Shown one piece after another: positions 42,464-55,515 of a stretch of 64,000 nucleotides of DNA. The stretch comes from Lingula anatina. Its lineage: Eukaryota > Animalia > Brachiopoda. Location of the stretch: NCBI GenBank assembly GCA_051362555.1, contig CM120647.1, forward strand, positions 6,882,001 to 6,946,000, given 5' to 3'. The position numbers and the translations under genes are program-made. Below the pieces are notes generated by a model. It made no database searches. It was not told where the DNA came from and worked only from the letters and a program-made list of their open reading frames with translations. How positions within the stretch are numbered: position 1 is the first letter of the stretch; the number at the start of each line of letters is the position of its first letter.

Positions 42464-43209
42464 GGCAGAAGTCTGTGCTCTTGGAGTGCTTGTTCTCCTG
42501 TTAAACATAAAATGGAAAAGCTTATAGGAACTTACACTAAAGATTTTGTTATATTTCCTTCACTTTAGTTTTAAAGCACTAGACAATCTGCACATTTGTT
42601 ATTAGGTATATTCTACTGAATATACATGAAAGTGTTAGAACAAACGTTTTGATTTATTTAAACTTATGGTTAGCAGACTAAAAGTGCCACAATTCTGCAC
42701 AAACGTATATTGATACAAATTAGTTCAGTTAGAAGTACAACAGGTATTTTGATAAATGAAAATTTTCAGTAAACAGACTAAAAAACACTACAAAACTGTA
42801 CATACGTATGATAAAAATGCCCTATGGTAAACTGTACCACCTGTTGCAGCTATTAATTATGAAATATCCTAACCGCGTATCTGCAGAGAAAGGCTTAGTT
42901 TGAGCCAGCTGCCTTCAACACGTAGGTATTAGATTGAATATTTCGATCAAAATAAGTGGCCTTGCTGGCAAGAGTGAGCTTTTCTGGGAATGTTGGATTC
43001 ATTGGCCACTGCGTTAGCGATTTATATTTACTTTGTGTTTGTTCAATAAAACCTAACCATTGTTTTTAAAAATTGATCTCATGTTTACATTTGACACTGG
43101 TATTAAGTCGGTCCCTGACTGTTTAATTGACTGGATTAATTAATGATTTGATTGGGTTAATTAACGAATTTAATTGGAGCATAAGATATGAGTAAACATC
43201 GTTCTTCAC

Positions 43210-43299
43210 TACCCTCTACCAGGGTGACAGATATTATAGGCACATTTTTCACGAAATGTGGAAGTGTGCCTGTAATATCTGCCACCTGGGAAGAGGGTA
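43210..43299. mobile_element. MITE family Q copy with perfect 9-bp TSD
   Basis: GTTCTTCAC on both sides of TACCCTCTACCAGGG...GAGGGTA. Confidence 0.85.
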
Positions 43300-45486
43300 G
43301 TTCTTCACCCTGAAAACCGACGGTCATTGAAATCTTTCTACTGAGAACTATGAAGACTAAAGTGGGTGTTAAGAATAGAGGGATGTTTTAACAGTGGGCA
43401 GTGGTACTCAGGGCCTTGACCTCTGATTGCCTGGCTCGACGGTTTTCAGCATGGCGTCCCTTAGCAAAATGTAAAGTTTAAAGTAACGAGTTTGCAGAAG
43501 TTTGCAAGAAAAAATTTATTGCTGCTAATTTGCAGCCGTGTTGCAGCAAATCTGCAAGAAGTAATTGCAGTTGGCAGCAAATTTGCTGCAAATTCGCTGC
43601 TTAGGATGGCAACATATTGCGCCACTGTCCCGATTTCACTTCAACCGAAAATAAGCATATTTTTTTCTTCATTTACGTGTAGTTATTTACATGTTATATT
43701 ATCTTTGTTAAGATAATCATGTCTCATCATGAAGGCTAAGTCAAACTTTTTTCTTCCTTGATAAAGTTGTATTTAACGTCTCCAAGCACGTCCAGTTTGA
43801 TATTAGACATTTTAGTATGAAGTCTATATATAATATTTTAAAACATACGAATGAAGCCAAATTTGAATATTCTGCTTTATTAGTGACTAATAGCTTACTA
43901 GCATCAACTTTAATATAATTTATTAAATAAATATATAAAGGTAAGATTTGTGGTAAATAGCCAAATGTTGAATTTCTCACATCGGAACAAGGAAAATTGA
44001 TGTAGTACTATGTTGACTGCACGAAAATGTTTAGAAAATACAAACTAGAAAGGTAAATAAAAAGTTTGACAACTGTGCCATATTTTGCACGGTCTAATCT
44101 TTAGTTCATTAAGATGCCGCATATTGCCATTTGCACTATAAAGCAATAAATTTCCTTACGTTACAGCTGAATGAGAATCCGAGTTTAATTTATGTTATAT
44201 TTACGACAGAAAATACCAGTCCGTTTTTATCCTTGTTTGATTGCACCCGGGTCTGTCATTATAGTTTTATCTGGTTTGTTTGTATTTACTAATTAGTGGC
44301 CTATTTATTTTGAAATCTTGTGAATAAATTCATTATTTCGTCCTCTAGACTTATTCTTGTATACATTTTGATGGAATATTGAATATTTAAAAGGCAACTT
44401 TTAGACTCTTTTATCAATGACTATACAGCGGTGCACTCAGAAAAAAAATTAAGAGTTTCATGAAAAACAAAAATGAGCAAAGAAACAACTAAATTAAATT
44501 GTATTATTTATTGGCACGAAGGAATCTCTATTACTAACACCATCACATCAGAGTTAAATAAATGTGAACCTAAATTCTAATAATTGTAACACTACTTTTC
44601 TACTGTCCCGAAAAACCACACTCTAGCTCCCCTATCCAAGTTTTCATATTTATAAGAGCTCTAGCACATAAATAATAATAAAAAACGTTAATAAAAGAGA
44701 TAGAGAATGATCATTCGTACTACATGTATTTATATTCCACGCATCTACATGTACGCAAGCAACAGCGGAATGCGTACGCACGTCATGCGTATTCGGCCAT
44801 AATAATTGCATTAGCAGCATTGCAGTACCAGAAATACTAGAAATAGAAGTACTATATTAAGCATACTATTAACAGCAAAAATATGCTGGAACTTATCTGT
44901 ATCTAATCAAATAATAATACCGATGATAATAAAAAAATGAACAAAGAACGGAATAATAAAGGAATCACGACTAATTAAGCAATTCTTTGAAAATACATGC
45001 AAGTTTTTTTCCTTCCATGAAAACACCAAGACTTCTTTTAGTTGGAAATTTATCTACGTTAGAATAGAAATCAGGTTTATAAAGGAAAACAGTTGTATAA
45101 ACTTAAAGATAAAACTTTGGTAATCTAAACCTAATAGCAAAAACACGCAAAAAATTACTCTACACATATTGATATATTGGCTGCCGCATTGAAGAAACAA
45201 ACACAATTGAAAGTTAAAACACTCGTTAAAAGAAAGAAGACGGGATACATTTTTGTTACAAGAATCACAATATTAAAATAAGAGAGGGAACACAATTGTA
45301 TAACCTACAATAGTGGAAACATTCCCAGGAAATAATTGTTTAATGTTGAATACGTTCCAAGTCATGAAATCTGGACTTCTTTAGCTTATTTTGTTGAAAA
45401 TGTCGACTTAATTTCTGTCTGTTTAGTCTGCCATGTTAAAGTTTGAGATAAAAACGAAAAAAAAAAACTTGATAACGTTCTCCAGG

Positions 45487-46222
45487 TTACAGCTTCCCCT
45501 TATACTTAAAGTCTTGTATCTTGATGTGGTTAACCAACCTGTAATATTCAATAAAGGTAATAAAACTAAAGAGAAGGGGGGAAGAAGAGAAGATGAGGAT
45601 TATTTTACGTTTAGGACACAGGAAGAGATAAAAATGTTCGGTTTTATATCGTACGTTAATTAGTCAATTTTTATGGGTAGGAGGGGCGGGGGCAGATGGA
45701 AGGGATGTTCCCGTAGTAAAGAAATTGAGGTTGTGTGTCCGCTGTGTCCCTCCCCTCCGTTCCCGCCCCCTGAACCCACGTTCCTTCTTAATGTATATCT
45801 GATTCAATGTGTTAGTTTAACCCCACCCCCACCCTTTACACTGGACGGCGTCCTTTCTGTGCCATTTGTGCGGCCATGAAACTCGCATCGCGGTGCTCGT
45901 AGAAAGGAGGCTTTGGTTGCAAATGAATGTTCAATGATCGGTCAGATGGCACGTACAGTAATTTTTTACTCTACGGGACGCAGAAAGGACGCCGTCCGTT
46001 GTAAAGGGGGCTGTATACTCACCAGTCCTTGGCAATGGCGATAGTGCTGCCAGCTACCGGTGACTGCCAAGTCTTCATGTCATCCAGGAAGGTTTTGTGG
46101 ATCTTAACGTGTTCTTCATAGTTTTCGTAGTTTGCAGCTTTCATCATTTCCTGGTGACAGAGATACATGTAAATGTCAATAGTACAGTTCGTGTTGAATA
46201 ATTCTGAGTGTAGATTGTTTGT

Positions 46223-46279
<57 letters not shown>

Positions 46280-47045
46280 CAAAAAAGCAAGCAAGGGTGG
46301 AATGAGAGCAAATGTAGATAAATCACATGTTATACAGATTATTAAAATTTCTGAAATAGCATCTTAATGTATTTTAACTCACGATTAATTTCCGACCAAA
46401 TATGTCTACCTTAACCCATATTAAATCATCATCAGAACTAGTACAGTGAAAATGTTTTGCTGGCCTCAGTTTCACAGAAAAATATTAAGTTAGTTCTCTG
46501 ACTTAGTTGACTATGGGATTTCTATATGGGTGCTGTTACACTGCTCCTGATAGGGTACAACCTGTAAGATGTGCCAACGTGACCATGTAACCTTGGTAAT
46601 TAAGTTCTTAGCCATAGAACCAGACTTAAGCATAAGTTTATATTTTGTGAAACGGGGCCTGGTCTTCAGTCTGCTCAAATCCAATTCCCCTTAACTCACC
46701 TCCTCGTCATGGAAGTGCTTTGTGAAGACCTTCACGGCCAGCTCCACGTCTTCGTCAAGGTTGCTCTCGGCGACGTTAAACAAGCCAACGAAGAGGGCCA
46801 TGTGTTGCTCGTCGATCTTGTCATACTGGGGAAGAAAAGATGCAAATTTTCAAAATGTCATCATTTTCCATCTGCTTATGGATATCTTTCCAAACACCTA
46901 GAATAATGTGTTTACCTTAGAATTCTTTAAAATCCTTGTGGCTTGAAAACTAGAGATTACGTTTTAAAATCTGGAATGGATTTATTCCATTTGGTTTTCA
47001 TACTTTAAAGGAGGAAGGGTATTATAAAAATTATGCTATATAGTG

Positions 47046-47119
<74 letters not shown>

Positions 47120-47872
47120 TTTCTCCTGCTTATTGAAAAAATAAATTTAAATGAACGAAAGCCACATCCTCACTGCATTAATACTTCATCACGCTATAGT
47201 ACTGCGATAAAGAAAAGAAACTCTTTGCTGAATCTAACGGTGACATCTGGCATTGTGTGGGAATTTTTTCCAATATCTGTCTCCTTCTGTGCCGCGAAAA
47301 GCAATATCTAGATCTTAAGAGAAAAGAAGTAATCCAACTGCAGATTTAAATGTCGTCGAAAAATACACGTGGCGTTATTTTCTAAGCATGTTCCAGTTCA
47401 TTTTTTTTTCAAAGTTTTTTTCTAATTTTTGCATTTTAGATCTTATCATACTTCTTCCTTTCCTTATTCCGCGGTACAAATTTGTGTTGATGCTAAAAAT
47501 CAGCAATTCTGGTGTTAACGAAGGGGGAGGGGGGGGGAGGAAGGGCGGTTACTCCTAACCGAATGCAACACGAACGTTATCTACCGGTGGATATCACATT
47601 TCACATGCCAATGGGACATTGAAACCTCACAAATGGGTAAAAGTTAACTACTGGCTACTTAATTAACCAAACGATAAACGAGGGAATCAATAGATACGCA
47701 AATGAAAAGAAAAAGAAAATATAAGATCTTATAATAGTTTACCTTATAGCTCAACTCGTAATTTCAACAAAATTACATATTAAACTTATAATTTTGATTT
47801 ACTTACGAAAGTTCTGAATGTCCTGTCCCATACGTAGGGTTCGGGCATAGCGTGTGGGCCTGGCGGTGGCAT
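45487..47872 (-). CDS. Hemerythrin (myohemerythrin-type length), 123 aa; complement(join(45487..45538,46023..46150,46700..46825,47807..47872))
   Basis: Absent from the ORF track. Spliced translation: MPPPGPHAMPEPYVWDRTFRTF YDKIDEQHMALFVGLFNVAESNLDEDVELAVKVFTKHFHDEE EMMKAANYENYEEHVKIHKTFLDDMKTWQSPVAGSTIAIAKDW LVNHIKIQDFKYKGKL. All seven diiron ligands have canonical spacing (H25, H54, E58, H73, H77, H106, D111 in myoHr numbering), plus the WLVNHIK-DFKYKGKL terminus. Confidence 0.96.
45829..46011. mobile_element. MITE with CCCTTTACACTGGACGGCGTCCTTTCTG TIRs in hemerythrin intron 3
   Basis: TIR pair; inverted copy at about 59204-59425 in a GT92 intron. Confidence 0.75.
46463..46658. mobile_element. 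Harbinger-like MITE (CTG TSD) in hemerythrin intron 2
   Basis: TIRs GCCTCAGTTTCACA / TGTGAAACGGGGC, CTG on both sides; same terminus type as 35594-36327. Confidence 0.75.
47050..47118. repeat. (TA)n microsatellite; others include (GT)n 4318-4372, (ATT)n 7655-7693, (TA)n 26666-26705 and 37558-37608, (GA)n 46227-46273, (CT)n 59161-59198
   Basis: Directly visible simple repeats. Confidence 0.95.
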
Positions 47873-47962
47873 TGTGACTAGGAACAAGTGGCAGTAAGGT
47901 TCACTATCTTGATAGAGTAAAAACGTGCGCAGTGTCTCTGTGTGGTAGTGGTTAAATAGTCG

Positions 47963-47970
47963 CTTTTATA
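47963..47970 (-). promoter_or_regulatory. TATA box of the hemerythrin gene
   Basis: Minus-strand TATAAAAG about 90 nt upstream of the ATG at 47872. A palindromic CRE (TGACGTCA) lies further upstream at 48098-48105. Confidence 0.65.
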
Positions 47971-48734
47971 CCACTAGTATCCCTCCTTAACTTTTGTTTG
48001 ACCTTCCAGAATCATCTGTGGATTCGTTCACACTTAGAGCAGTTCGATCGGCTCTGGTTCGGTTTAAGACTTGCTCAAGGACTTCTAAGCTGGTGCATGA
48101 CGTCAGTCATCTCGACTACATGTCTACGTCACTACGTTCTTTTGAGCAGAACTAAAGGGAAATATTAGATGTCCCCAAATCCATATTTTCTATGTCGGCA
48201 TATCCAGCAAATTTACTTATTTTTTCACAATTCGGAAATTTTAGGAAAACACACAGAAATGCATCTGATATTCCCACCAGGAAGCCATGGTGGTATGAAC
48301 GCCTGACAAGTCACTTAATACTCAATTATTCAATTAGAAATAGTTTAAAACACGAGTCCAGCATTCAATCGTGAGTTAAAAAAGCACAATTTTGTTTGGA
48401 CTTAAATTCGATTTGGCAAGAAAACCACTGATAAAAAAATACTGTATTTCCAATGCCGCCATATGTGCTTGTATATATATCAACAATACAACTTACTATA
48501 GCCACAAAGCAGATCGCGGTTATTACTATCCAGTGTGAATTGGACTAAGAGAAAACCTTTTTGACAGACGTGACAGGCTAAAGATTTTCCGAGCTGAACG
48601 TGTTAGCAGCCAAGCATGGAGGCCAGCTGGGGAATAAGACAAGCGCAAATAATGCGTTAAATTGAAGTCTCAGTTATTATTTTGTAAGAACAATTAAGCT
48701 GAACACCAAAATAGGATTGGGATTGGGTTTAAAA

Positions 48735-48773
<39 letters not shown>

Positions 48774-49375
48774 ATGCTTGAATGTCTTACCAATAAATAT
48801 TATGACTATAGGACAAACTAACCGGCCGACAAAAATAAGAAAACAAAAAAAAAAAAAAAAAAAAAAAAAAGAAAAAAGACAGACTGAAGTATGGATACAA
48901 AGAAATGAAAAACCGAATGAATTAACAGATAACGTCAAAAATACATTCATTCATTTTCTTACAAATAATTACTCTTTTTATTTTTTTTTTCACAAACTAT
49001 ATCTAAATTAAACTACGCAGGTGCTCCCCCCCACCCGGTTGAAAAATTCTTTAACGTTGTTAGGGTGCGCTCACAGTGCGTACTTTGCACACGGCAATTT
49101 ATCACCCCCTAGAAGCTCGAGAAGGCCTGTCCTTCAGTTAATATGATTGCATTCAGCCAGAGTCCCCGTGCAGTTGTGTCGATCTACCTAGTACGATAGA
49201 ATTAATGTGAACACACCCTTAAGTAATCGCCTGCTCCTTTGTCCCTTATTTGGCAGTTAAACAATGCCTTGTGGGATGAGATTTCCATGTGTCATGGTAG
49301 TTCTGATTGTTACGTCTGAACTATTAAACAGATGTGAAAAGCGTCGGCCGCCATGTAAATAAGCAAAGCAACTGT

Positions 49376-49628
49376 GGGACCATTCCCCGACGTTATCGTA
49401 CCATCTGTGGGTCGATCTATCTCCAAGGGGATTCTCGCTAAATTGCTATCAACTTGAGCGGCTTAGATGTCTGTCACGCCTACTGAAGTTATTAAGGTTG
49501 ATTATCGTTAAGCAGCTTCAGTAGGCGTGTCAGACATCTAAGCCGCTTGAGCTGAAAGCAGTATAGCGAGAAACTTCTCGGAAATGGATCTATCCCTTAA
49601 GATCTACCTAGGTATGGGAACCCAGTAA
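49376..49628. mobile_element. MITE family P copy
   Basis: gggaccattcccc...tatgggaacccagt with a long internal palindrome. Confidence 0.8.
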
Positions 49629-50637
49629 TATTCTTTCCACGCGGCACGTTTGCCACGTCGCTTAGAACGAATATTGCAAAAAAAAAAAAAAAAAAAGGAA
49701 AGAAATGAACTTTGTTCCAAGTCACAAAACGTGTTAATTTATTCACAACTTAATCTGAAGATATTCGACGAAATCAAGAAGTCACGTCTGGGGGTTCATA
49801 CTATTTCCACACTTACTGTCACCACGAACTACTGAAATTGTAACAAACGCACATGCACTGTGAGCATGGCTCCATATAGACCCTCACAACATGCCTCGTT
49901 TCTCTTACTGCTATTTTAATATCAAGGTGAAGAGGTGAAGAACTTTTATCACTGTCTATCAACTAACATTTAACTATCAACTATTATCAATAACTCTCAG
50001 TTATCAGTTAATATCAATTATCAATAACTAACAACTATCATGAATAACTGTCAGCTACTTACAATACAATTGATCTATTTTGTGCATCAAAATAAACTGC
50101 CCATGCTTACTAACTACCACAACTTCATAAATTACTATAACTTACCACAGCCTCACATTAGTGATTTTTTTTATTATTCACTGGCTGTGCATGCTCTCAT
50201 AAGCTGCTAAACTGCCATGTAAGTTATTTACTCCAAACTAAGAAGTCAAAATATACTCAGCTTCGTAGTACATGAAAAATTACAATATACTAAACATAAA
50301 ACTGTAGATTAAAATATGAAAATCCACTTAACCTTACCGGTACAGTAAACGTTACTTAAGTCTGTGCACCTTAAATAAAGAGTTAAAATAGGCATTACAA
50401 TTCAACCGTGGCACCAATGATTAAAATAATAGTTGTAATTAAATTATATTAAAATTAATTAATTATTATAATAATTTAATTGGATTGTAATCATCAAAAT
50501 GACAAAATCATGCATGCACATACACCACCTAACGTATACACTGGTGAAGTTAAGATATGTACGTAAGATTGACGATTATGATCCGGCAGCTAAACAAAGG
50601 GATTGGTTCTTTTATAACGATTACACCAAGCTTTACT

Positions 50638-50962
50638 GGCAGCTAGGTGGTACAGCGGCCAGGGCCTTCTTACAAATGTCAGGTAGATCGACCCCCGCTT
50701 ATATTTATGGGTAGCTAGCGGTCAGTGAGAAACAATCATGATGAAGTCCTACGTCAAGGTTGGCCGTAAGCCAACGGCATGAAAGATTTTCGCCTTTTGT
50801 TTGATAATTATCATTTATGATCCAACTACCAAGCTAATGAATATTTTTGCTGATTTTAGCAATTTATAAACATTTGATCATAGTGCATTTACCAAAGAGG
50901 TGGCATGCCGTCTACGCCCGGGATTGCACTCTAATTGCTTTAAAGAATAAACTGACTGACTG
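50638..50962 (+). mobile_element. Probable tRNA-derived SINE
   Basis: A-box-like TGGTACAGCGG (50648), B-box-like GATCGACCCC (50686), ending in AATAAA(CTGA)n. No second copy in the window. Confidence 0.45.
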
Positions 50963-51062
50963 TATATCTGAAAATTGTGAGCCTCGACACATTTACGATT
51001 ACCTATGCTAACTACACAAACCCATATATATTTCTAGATGCAGGGCCGAAACAAATGACTAA

Positions 51063-51319
51063 GGGACAATTCCCAGACCCAATCGTACTAACTGTGGATT
51101 GATCTATCTCCAAGGGGATTCTCATTGAATTGCAATCAGCTTAAACGGCTTAGATGTCTGTTGCCTACTGAAGTTGCTAGGGGGTCATTAATTATCGTTT
51201 AACAGCTTCGGTAGGCGTGGTAGACATCTAAAGCCACTTAAGCTGAAAGCAATATAGCGAGAAACCTCTTGGAGATGGATCGATCCTGTTAGATCGATGT
51301 AGGTATGGGAACCCAGTCA
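51063..51319. mobile_element. MITE family P copy
   Basis: gggacaattcccag...tatgggaacccagtc; high similarity to 49376-49628. Confidence 0.8.
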
Positions 51320-51589
51320 TATTCTTAATTATAAAAAACCGTACCATATGTACATATATAAGGAAGTAGTGGGTCTCTATATACGAATAACTAAAGTTAA
51401 GATTTATGCCAATAATAATACAACCAAAAGATGCCCAGAAGTTGTGGGATCTATATGGATAACTAAAGGTAAAACCCGCCCGAATTATATACAATTACAC
51501 CACATCTAAAAGTTAAGGACCTTTATACAAGTAAGGTAATAAAACTCAGATACGTTCCAGCTGAACCACGCACCAAAGGAAAAAAAAAA

Positions 51590-54150
51590 TTAATTCAATG
51601 CTGCTATATTCTGAATTAAATTGTCAATGTTTCTAATTAACTGGTCTTGGTATATGCCCATGTAGGGATCGACAATTTGTGGGCGTTTAGACTTTCTGTT
51701 CGGGCGATAGTGATGGGTCAGACCTTTTTCTGAATCTGTTTCATGTATGGGCCCCATTGCCTTCTCTGCCCAGTGTACGTTCATGGTCCAAATCTTCTCC
51801 GGTTTCACGATGGATTTAAAACAGCATTTCTTCTTGAATTCGTAAATCAGTCTGATTCTCTGACGCGCCAGAATGGAAGCCGGGTGGTATTTTATAAGCC
51901 TTTCATCTGAATTCTCGCCTGGCATTACTGCACTGTTCAAAATAAACTCGGCCCTTCTGAAGTAGTAAGCCGAGACATTTTGCGGTAGGCTTTTTATCAT
52001 TTTCATCCAGACTCGGGTGTTTCTTGGTACGATGACTTCATCAGTATCCATGAAAACGATGTACTTGAACTTGTGCATGTTGCGGTACAGGCAATCCTGA
52101 ACAGCAGCGAGCTTGGCGTAGTAGTAAACCCCTTCATTGTACAGATCATCGGACACATTGACACGTATTTCACGAGGCAAGGGCCATTGGATCACGTCGA
52201 GAAAGCCTGAAAGTAAAAAAGAAAATCAACTTTTGGGTAACAATCTTCCGGTGTGGTAAAGAATCCCACCGCTGCCACCTTTTATTTTACAGACTTCTTT
52301 CTCGTCATACTTTGGAATTGGGCACAACCTGTGTCCTGTGTCACGGTCATTTCGTAACGTCCGTATTTCTTACCATTAAATCTTATCTCTACCAAATTAC
52401 GTGGATATCGCTGTGAGAGCTCATCAGAGGCAACAATAGCCAGTTTCAACATTGTTTTGTTAACTCGTTGTTTCTCATTTTATTCCCCAAGTTATATGGA
52501 ATGCCCCTTTTTTGTAATTTTAAAACTTCACAAGGTATTTGTAATGTTTAACTTTACAGATACCGAAAACCATAACTTTCACTTATTCAGACTATACACT
52601 ATGCGGTAGAAAAGAGGATTGAAGAAAGCGTTCAAAACGAAACTATTGTACTGCAGCTAGGTTCTTCGAACTCCTCGGGGAGAGGACTCTTGCTGAATGC
52701 AATGAGATTAAAATATTGGCACGCCTCTTTCTGGCTTTGAGCAGAATACAGAAAAGTTGGTGATTGTAAGAGCACGTTGGGAACTCACCTTGTGCCACGT
52801 AGGCTTCAAGAACGTGATTAAGCACCGGATCTCCGGTGTAATTGTACATTGTAACATGTCTGGCTCCCAATATCTTGTACATTTCAAAGGCTTCCACCAA
52901 TTTCAGAAAGTTCTTGAAATCATAGAGAGGCGTCTGGATGCAGACACCAAAGGATTGTTTGTCTTTGCCTTTAATCCACGTTGGTTGTCTGTCAAGGACT
53001 GTCAACATGGGCGGCCCTGTTTCTTTGGTCGATATATCAGGAACAACTGACACCGCGATAGGATGTTGTATCTTGGAGACGTTGCAATGGAGGATCGAAC
53101 AAGCAAATCTGAAAGTAGACCGAGGTGCTTAAGTCATGGTGGTTTGGAGGGAGGGTCGTTGGGGATACGTGCATCTCAATTACATTTAGAGGCATCCTCA
53201 AGGTGTGTGCTCCCTCTCCACCTTAATGCAAGTAGAGGGCAAAAATTATGAAGAAACTGCTTAAATTAACGCATATTTTTGGGATGGGACTTTCATGGGT
53301 CTCACGTGAACGGCCCATTCTATTTTTTTTTCTGAGCCAAGTTCTTGGCGGCTTCAACGACGTTTATTTAAATTGATTTCAAAGTAGTACGCATACGGAG
53401 GTCTAGTGGAATAAATATTTGTACGCACCAACTATCTCTATGTCATTTAACTTTTCTCGGTTCAAGACATGTCTCAGTGCGTCAAAAATCAAAGATCATT
53501 TCACACATTCTTTAATGAAAATTTCCATTAAAAACCGGGAAATTATTCATCTATGTAGGAAGATTGGTCCATTTACCAGCTGAGAAGTCCCACAATAATA
53601 TTAGAAATAAAAAAATACACTACCTTCCATCTTTTGGAATAATTTCCACTGAAAGTTTACGTAGGCTGGTTGATGTCTGGGGGTTACTTTCGTTCTTTTG
53701 TTTATCTCGTCCAACAGTTTTATGCCATACTCGACAATAAGAGGGAGCTTTGGTATTTTTGTCTATTATAGAAATAATCCTGATAAAAGAATCGTGTCTG
53801 GTGTCCCAAAATGCCGAAAACACGTAGTGGTTTGTATTTGGAACTAATTTCCATGTGAAATTCTCCACCAGTTTAACACCATCCAGAATTTCCTCCGTGC
53901 CATCAGGTTGTTGTGGTGGAATGTGGGCAACCGGAAGAACAGAATCGGGTTTCCGTGACGGGAACAGCAAATCCAACGGCGGCTGGTAGTTGCAAGTTAA
54001 CTGCTCTTGCAAAGAGGTTGACATGGGAATACGATGAACAGGATACATCCAAGTAAAATAGTACAACAAGGGTAATAGAAATAACCCTGTCCATGTAACG
54101 AATAAAATAAAAAGAAAGCGTTTGAGACGGAAATTGATTATGGTCCGCAT
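51590..54150 (-). CDS. Glycosyltransferase family 92 (DUF23) type II membrane protein, paralog 1, 487 aa; complement(join(51590..52206,52789..53108,53624..54150))
   Basis: N-terminal basic tail plus TM helix; YVFSAFWD; FGVCIQTPL..LVEAFEMYKILGARHVTMYN; QDCLYR..YIVFMDTDEVIVP (DxD); KSIVKPEKI..VH..HHYR. Exons of 527, 320 and 617 nt join in phase. Confidence 0.92.
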
Positions 54151-54381
54151 TTTGTTACACGTAGTTCACTCTCGTGCACGTAATCGGTAGTATGCTTAAA
54201 CTTAAACCAGGGAAAGGCTGTCGTAAAATTGTCGCTCTCTTGGAATATTAATCAAATTCAGCACATTTAGCCGAGGAAGAATTCTCTCTGCGTGCCAGCT
54301 AGTCCTGCTAATTCACGGGGACCTGGAGAATCACATTTTGTCATTTTTTATGTTGGTTATCGGCGTCAATGTCAAGGTTTC

Positions 54382-54562
54382 CCGGTATGACAGGAATGGT
54401 TGTCTTAAGAAGGGAAGTCCGAGGTCCCATATGATTAGTACAGGTTAGGGTTTTTCGGAGTATAAGGGTTATATATAAGGGAATATGGGACGAGTGTCAC
54501 TTATTCAAAGTAATAAGGAAAGGACAACGGTTTATAGCTGACTACCATTCTTGTCACACCGG
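54382..54562. mobile_element. Second copy of the GGTGTGACAGGAATGG MITE
   Basis: ccggtatgacaggaatgg...ccattcttgtcacaccgg, collinear with 3985-4147. Confidence 0.7.
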
Positions 54563-55058
54563 ACAAAAATGGGGTTCTGTGAAGCAATTTTATAAGAATT
54601 ATCAATAAGGTGTATGGATTATATCAAATAGAATATTCTTACCGTACTGGTTTTCAATGAGGGGGGGGGGGGGGGTCATAGGAAGGCCACAGCCAGTGTG
54701 TGCTTACCCCCCCTTGGCCACTTTCTACCCCCTTTCCTCCCAAATAACAGTATAGCAAGCGAAACAAAACAAAAAAATCTTTCCATACATGTGTCCTAAA
54801 TAGAGGGCCATACGATGAAAAAATCCTTCCTGCCTTGCTACTGTTGCTGCTACTGCTTTATATCTATCAAGTGAAGCGAGGGAATTTCTTTTTAGTACCC
54901 CCCCCCCCCAACACTTTCCGTAGTAAAATCCTCCATTGCTCTTCTTTTTTTACATTTTTCCTATCTTATATCGTGTCTATCCAAAAAAGTAACTTCTTAC
55001 AGCTGATCGGTAAAATACTTACTACGCATTACGAGGTATCTCTATGGCATCAGACAAT

Positions 55059-55233
55059 GAGAGCATTCACATCGAGAAGAGCCGAGGTCTAGTAAGGCCG
55101 AGACCTAAATATGGCGGACCTACATGAAAGGAAAACCGCGTAACCCTTTAATGGTCTCTCAGTGACATTCATGACATCCATGTTTAGGTCTCGGCCTTAC
55201 TAGACCTCGGCTCTTCTCGATGTGAATGCTCTC
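55059..55233. mobile_element. Young Harbinger-like MITE with perfect TIRs of about 50 bp, AAT TSD
   Basis: GAGAGCATTCACATCGAGAAGAGCCGAGGTCTAGTAAGGCCGAGACCTAAA is matched by its exact reverse complement. Related elements (AAATATGGC core) lie at about 14612-14900 and 63361-63535. Confidence 0.85.
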
Positions 55234-55236
55234 AAT

Positions 55237-55515
55237 GGGACCATTCCCATAACCCTATAGCACTAGCAGGATCGATCTTACTACCTGGGGATCCTCGCTA
55301 AATTGCATTCAATTTAAGCGGCTTCAATGTCTGGCACGCCCTCTTGTAACTTAAAGTCAGGAAACCATTTTGGTCTATACTGTTGTTCATGTTGCTTTGT
55401 GAGGGGGAGTGCCAGACAGTTAATCTGATTACATTGACTGCGCCTTAACGAAAATCAGGTACATCGCTGAGATACATCGATCCTGTTGGTACGGTAAAGT
55501 TATGGGAACGTTGAC
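55237..55515. mobile_element. Diverged MITE family P copy abutting the previous element
   Basis: gggaccattcccataac...gttatgggaac, begins directly after the AAT TSD. Confidence 0.65.

Noticed and set aside
47873-47940. Iron-responsive element in the hemerythrin 5' UTR
   Set aside because: No CAGUGN loop with a C-bulge stem; only a tiny CTATC-AA-GATAG hairpin.
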